NCBI GenBank assembly: GCA_964187785.1
Contig: OZ076410.1
Location: 8,122,001 to 8,186,000, forward strand
Origin: Amphiscolops sp. MND2022
Lineage: Eukaryota
Direction of reading: 5' to 3'
Length of the DNA stretch: 64,000 bases
The notes beneath the pieces were generated by a model that saw only the letters and a list, made by a program, of their open reading frames with translations, had not been told where the DNA came from and made no database searches. Of this stretch, positions 63,101 to 64,000 are shown piece after piece. Position numbers and translations under genes: made by a program. Position 1 is the stretch's first letter, and each line of letters opens with the position of its first letter.

Positions 63101-63695
63101 AGCATCAGCTTCGAGGTATGACATGCAACAAAGATGGCTTCTCAAAATATGGAAGACCTTCGCTTTGAAATGTGCTGGATCCTACGAAAGAAACCAAAAG
63201 TGGTTTTTGATGAGATTCACACAATTATCGAAACACCGGTACTGCAAAATCAAAACACTTAGTTATCCCTTAGCGCCTGGAAACAGCAAGAACTAGAACC
63301 TAAAACGTAGTAATAAAGACAAAGGATTCCATTCTACGAACCTTGTTCGACATCAGCTTCTTCAAAGGTGCTTTGAACGTTGCTGACTGTATTGGTGCTT
63401 TCTGAATCTTCCATGATTTTCAACTGGAACTGTTCTTCGTTGTCCGTCTCTTCAGAGAAGGTATCCATGTCAACCATGACATCCTCTGCTGCAGTGTCAC
63501 TCTTCTGGCTACCACTCTCTACATCAAGATCGACGGATTCTTCGTCTTGTGCCACTTCACTTGTGGTCATGTCTACCTCGAAGTCCTTTTCACTGGTCTC
63601 AACTTCTTCGGCGCCGACTGCAATCTGCATTTCTTCAGTGGCATCCTCTCGTGTCACTTCTTCTCCAACTTCAATCACCTCCTCCTTCTTTTCTT
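1..63695 (-). CDS. Giant multi-exon repetitive acidic protein, partial at both ends; about 14,400 codons in 22 exons within the window
   Basis: All long minus-strand ORFs are bounded by AG acceptors and GT donors in phase 1. Exon lengths (354/363/345/8265/4419/24198/366/306/324/309) are multiples of 3, so they join without stops. ORF-track starts at GTG/TTG fall inside exons or in the intron just upstream. Family not recognised. Confidence 0.85.
608..931 (-). CDS. Exon, type-B beta-rich module (108 codons), copy 1
   Basis: Acceptor tctacag|AACCGG; donor AAG|gtgtgc; 324 nt, phase 1-1; EPEETESDET...NRHHVHHVKFEQ. Confidence 0.8.
1200..1508 (-). CDS. Exon, type-A beta-rich module (103 codons), copy 2
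   Basis: Acceptor gttatag|CTGAAG; donor CAG|gtaatg; 309 nt, phase 1-1; AEVEFTESGET...KNHKHVHFVVVRS. Confidence 0.87.
1910..2233 (-). CDS. Exon, type-B module, copy 2
   Basis: Same splice signals as 608-931; 324 nt. Confidence 0.8.
2505..2813 (-). CDS. Exon, type-A module, copy 3
   Basis: Acceptor gttatag|, donor |gtaatg; 309 nt. Confidence 0.87.
3215..3538 (-). CDS. Exon, type-B module, copy 3
   Basis: Acceptor atttttctacag|AACCAG; donor AAG|gtgtgc; 324 nt. Similarity to the other copies ends just beyond the acceptor. Confidence 0.82.
4943..5248 (-). CDS. Exon, divergent type-A-like module (102 codons)
   Basis: Acceptor cttcttttccag|TTGAGC; donor CAG|gtaacc; 306 nt, phase 1-1. Aligns by eye with type A (ESG-x-T, VSF-x-x-PFL, EKP, W-x-x-x-P, KNHKH-x-H). 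Confidence 0.87.
5540..6055. repeat. Intronic tandem units of about 172 bp (about 2.5 copies), related to sequence at about 4540-4800
   Basis: GTAGAAWGACTG...CGTATGGACAG at 5565, 5737, 5910; GAGCCGCAT-TGCGG and AAAACGACACGATTGCATAAGTA shared with the 4540-4800 copy. Confidence 0.7.
8777..9142 (-). CDS. Exon, distant beta-rich module (122 codons)
   Basis: Acceptor attttgccag|GTCCCG; donor TTG|gttagt; 366 nt, phase 1-1. VLTFKLP and C-terminal KYVHKI resemble motifs of the other modules. Confidence 0.8.
10195..34392 (-). CDS. Giant exon (about 24.2 kb, about 8,066 codons) encoding the 114-aa repeat array
   Basis: Uninterrupted ORF 10106-34438. Acceptor cattttacag|CTCACC at 34393/34392 is clear. 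Donor AAG|gtagtg at 10195/10194 keeps phase 1 but is tentative; the frame otherwise reads to a stop at 10106. Confidence 0.85.
10420..33990. repeat. Coding tandem array, 342-bp unit, about 69 copies
   Basis: Exact 342-bp spacing of shadow ORFs; no frameshifting indels over 23.5 kb. Confidence 0.97.
34781..39199 (-). CDS. Exon (4,419 nt) encoding about 32 copies of a 43-aa Glu-rich repeat
   Basis: Acceptor tgtttttcag|TTTCCC; donor CAA|gtaagg; phase 1-1; open frame. Confidence 0.9.
34900..39090. repeat. Coding tandem array, 129-bp unit, about 32 copies (QPEEQIDVK type)
   Basis: GATTC anchor recurs from 35020 to 39019, i.e. 31 x 129 bp. Confidence 0.95.
39534..39635 (+). other. Degenerate tRNA-derived (SINE-like) fragments in an intron
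   Basis: A-box-like GGTGGCTCAGTCAGG at 39534, B-box GTTCGAACC at 39563 and a second GGGTTCGAACC at 39613; no complete cloverleaf. Confidence 0.35.
40681..48945 (-). CDS. Exon (8,265 nt): unique N-segment, about 51 copies of a 43-aa Glu-rich repeat, unique Leu-rich helical C-segment
   Basis: Acceptor tttctaacttgggttctag|CTTTGG with a CTAAC branch-point-like motif; donor CAG|gtaaga; phase 1-1; open frame. Confidence 0.88.
41590..48185. repeat. Coding tandem array, 129-bp unit, about 51 copies (QAEEQIDIK type)
   Basis: Anchor spacing about 41597 to 48175, i.e. 51 x 129 bp. Confidence 0.95.
49308..50084. mobile_element. MITE-like non-autonomous DNA element, TA-flanked (Tc1/mariner-type target site)
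   Basis: TIR CCCGGGTCGACCCTC / GAGGGTCAACCCGGG with TA on both sides; inverted subterminal TCTTGGCAAGATCTTGCCAAA; many AAGATCTTG motifs; no transposase ORF. Confidence 0.72.
50288..51034 (-). mobile_element. Possible truncated retroelement 5' end (186-aa ORF with coiled-coil-like segment, preceded by a TG...CA-bounded stretch of about 100 bp)
   Basis: ATG-initiated intronic ORF unrelated to the host protein, no phase-1 splice signals noted. Amphipathic stretch EIQAWTETFEQKNNDRIMEMREEMENK. TGTAAGG...TGTCACA at 51034-50932. No zinc knuckle, protease or RT visible, so assignment is inference. Confidence 0.4.
52025..52189. repeat. Hairpin, 69-bp arms (4 mismatches), 27-nt loop
   Basis: 52025-52093 is the reverse complement of 52121-52189. 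Confidence 0.92.
52191..52340. repeat. Spacerless palindrome, 75-bp arms (5 mismatches), centre GTTCA|TGAAC
   Basis: Inner 46 bp perfect (TAACCGGATG...CATCCGGTTA). Confidence 0.93.
53275..53819. mobile_element. Second hAT-like MITE nested in the 52897-53880 element
   Basis: Degenerate TIR AAGAGATGTGAAA / TTTACACCTCTG; flanks TTTGTGAG and ATTGTGAG (7/8 match); internal ATATTG repeats. Confidence 0.6.
53553..53704. repeat. Spacerless palindrome of about 152 bp inside the nested MITE, centre AAACGG|CCGTTT
   Basis: Arms start and end with AGAGCTCT; few mismatches and one small indel. Confidence 0.92.
54530..54810. mobile_element. Short foldback element with 9-bp TSD (Mutator-like target length)
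   Basis: Termini GAGGGGGAAT / ATTCCCCCCTC; internal GAATAAGATCTAAA motifs in both orientations; AAATCTCTG at 54521-54529 and 54811-54819. Confidence 0.7.
55103..55558. mobile_element. hAT-like MITE
   Basis: Perfect 22-bp TIR CAGGGGCTGTCAAAAATTAATT; flanks ATTAAAAT / ATTAGAAT (7/8); same AATTAATTGC subterminal motif as the 52897 element. Confidence 0.85.
55688..56179. mobile_element. Foldback/MITE-like element with inverted arms of about 125 bp
   Basis: 55688-55813 (TTTCTTCTTCTACGAGTGAAATAAAT...) is inverted at about 56054-56179; no convincing TSD. Confidence 0.7.
56583..56927 (-). CDS. Hybrid acidic exon (115 codons) closing the 675-bp array
   Basis: Acceptor tttcag|AAGAAA; canonical donor AAG|gtaagt; first half matches the array exons, second half unique. 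Confidence 0.9.
57248..57601 (-). CDS. Acidic array exon (118 codons)
   Basis: tttcag|AAG ... CAAG|gtttgt; 354 nt, phase 1-1. Confidence 0.85.
57924..58277 (-). CDS. Acidic array exon (118 codons)
   Basis: tttcag|AAG ... CAAG|gttcgt; 354 nt. Confidence 0.85.
58600..58962 (-). CDS. Acidic array exon (121 codons; in-frame 9-nt duplication giving ESGSRGSQK)
   Basis: Same splice signals; 363 nt; the insertion preserves frame. Confidence 0.85.
59289..59642 (-). CDS. Acidic array exon (118 codons)
   Basis: tttcag|AAG ... CAAG|gttcac (variant donor); 354 nt. Confidence 0.8.
59965..60318 (-). CDS. Acidic array exon (118 codons)
   Basis: tttcag|AAG ... CAAG|gttcgt; 354 nt. Confidence 0.85.
60641..60994 (-). 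CDS. Acidic array exon (118 codons)
   Basis: tttcag|AAG ... CAAG|gttcgt; 354 nt. Confidence 0.85.
61317..61670 (-). CDS. Acidic array exon (118 codons)
   Basis: tttcag|AAG ... CAAG|gttcgt; 354 nt. Confidence 0.85.
61992..62345 (-). CDS. Acidic array exon (118 codons)
   Basis: tttcag|AAG ... CAAG|gttcgt; 354 nt. Confidence 0.85.
62667..63020 (-). CDS. Acidic array exon (118 codons)
   Basis: tttcag|AAG ... CAAG|gttcgt; 354 nt. Confidence 0.85.
63342..63695 (-). CDS. Acidic array exon (118 codons)
   Basis: tttcag|AAG ... CAAG|gttcgt; 354 nt. The window ends in sequence matching the donor-proximal end of another unit's intron. Confidence 0.85.
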
Positions 63696-64000
63696 CTGAA
63701 ACGCAGATTTAAATCTTTTGCTTGGTTTTGCAAACAAGAGGTCGAACATGGGGCATTTTTCTGACAAGACCTCGAGCATCAGCTTCTAGGTATGAATTGC
63801 AACGAAGAACTCTTCTGAAGAACCGGAAGACCTTCGATTTGAAATGTGCTGGATCCAACAAGTGTTTCTTTGTTGAGATTCGAGCATTTATCGAAAAACC
63901 GAATCCGCAATATAAAAACATCTGGTTGTCTCTTATCACGTAAAAAAACAACAAAAAAAACAAAACACGAAACTAAAACGTAGTAATAAAGACAAAGGAT

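Larger units (their letters stand above)
56776..64000. repeat. Tandem repeat of 675-676 bp (354-bp exon plus about 321-bp intron), at least 10 copies, continuing beyond the window
   Basis: Donors at 57248, 57924, 58600, 59289, 59965, 60641, 61317, 61992, 62667, 63342. Confidence 0.97.

Noticed and set aside
56907-63963. Recurrent 74-144 aa ORFs crossing array introns (MPLHLWSC..., MILRYWC..., MLTVLALSE...)
   Set aside because: Antisense or intron-spanning by-products of the 675-bp unit; lengths vary with 1-nt intron indels.
10420-64000. CRISPR-like or non-coding satellite interpretation of the regular arrays
   Set aside because: No unique spacers; unit lengths within exons are multiples of 3 with an intact frame; spliceosomal signals present; no cas genes.

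Overview
This is eukaryotic genomic DNA with GT-AG spliceosomal introns and AT-rich, MITE-laden introns; an invertebrate animal is my inference. No prokaryotic genes, CRISPR array or intact RNA genes are visible. The whole window is an internal part of ONE giant minus-strand gene whose start and end lie outside it. I can place 22 exons, all phase 1-1 with lengths divisible by 3, joining into an open frame of about 43.2 kb (about 14,400 codons). One donor (10195) is tentative. In transcript order: (i) ten near-identical 118-121 aa acidic exons in a 675-bp exon+intron tandem array plus one hybrid exon; (ii) an 8,265-nt exon with about 51 copies of a 43-aa Glu-rich repeat between unique helical segments; (iii) a 4,419-nt exon with about 32 copies of a sister 43-aa repeat; (iv) a roughly 24.2-kb exon with about 69 copies of a 114-aa repeat built from three 38-aa sub-repeats; (v) one-domain-per-exon modules of about 100-120 aa, beta-rich, ending in an alternating two-exon array that runs off the window. 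I do not recognise the protein or its repeat units; the layout is titin-like by analogy only. The 7.6-kb intron holds several MITE-like elements (some nested), three palindromes of about 150 bp and a possible retroelement fragment. The long plus-strand ORFs are shadows of the minus-strand frame.
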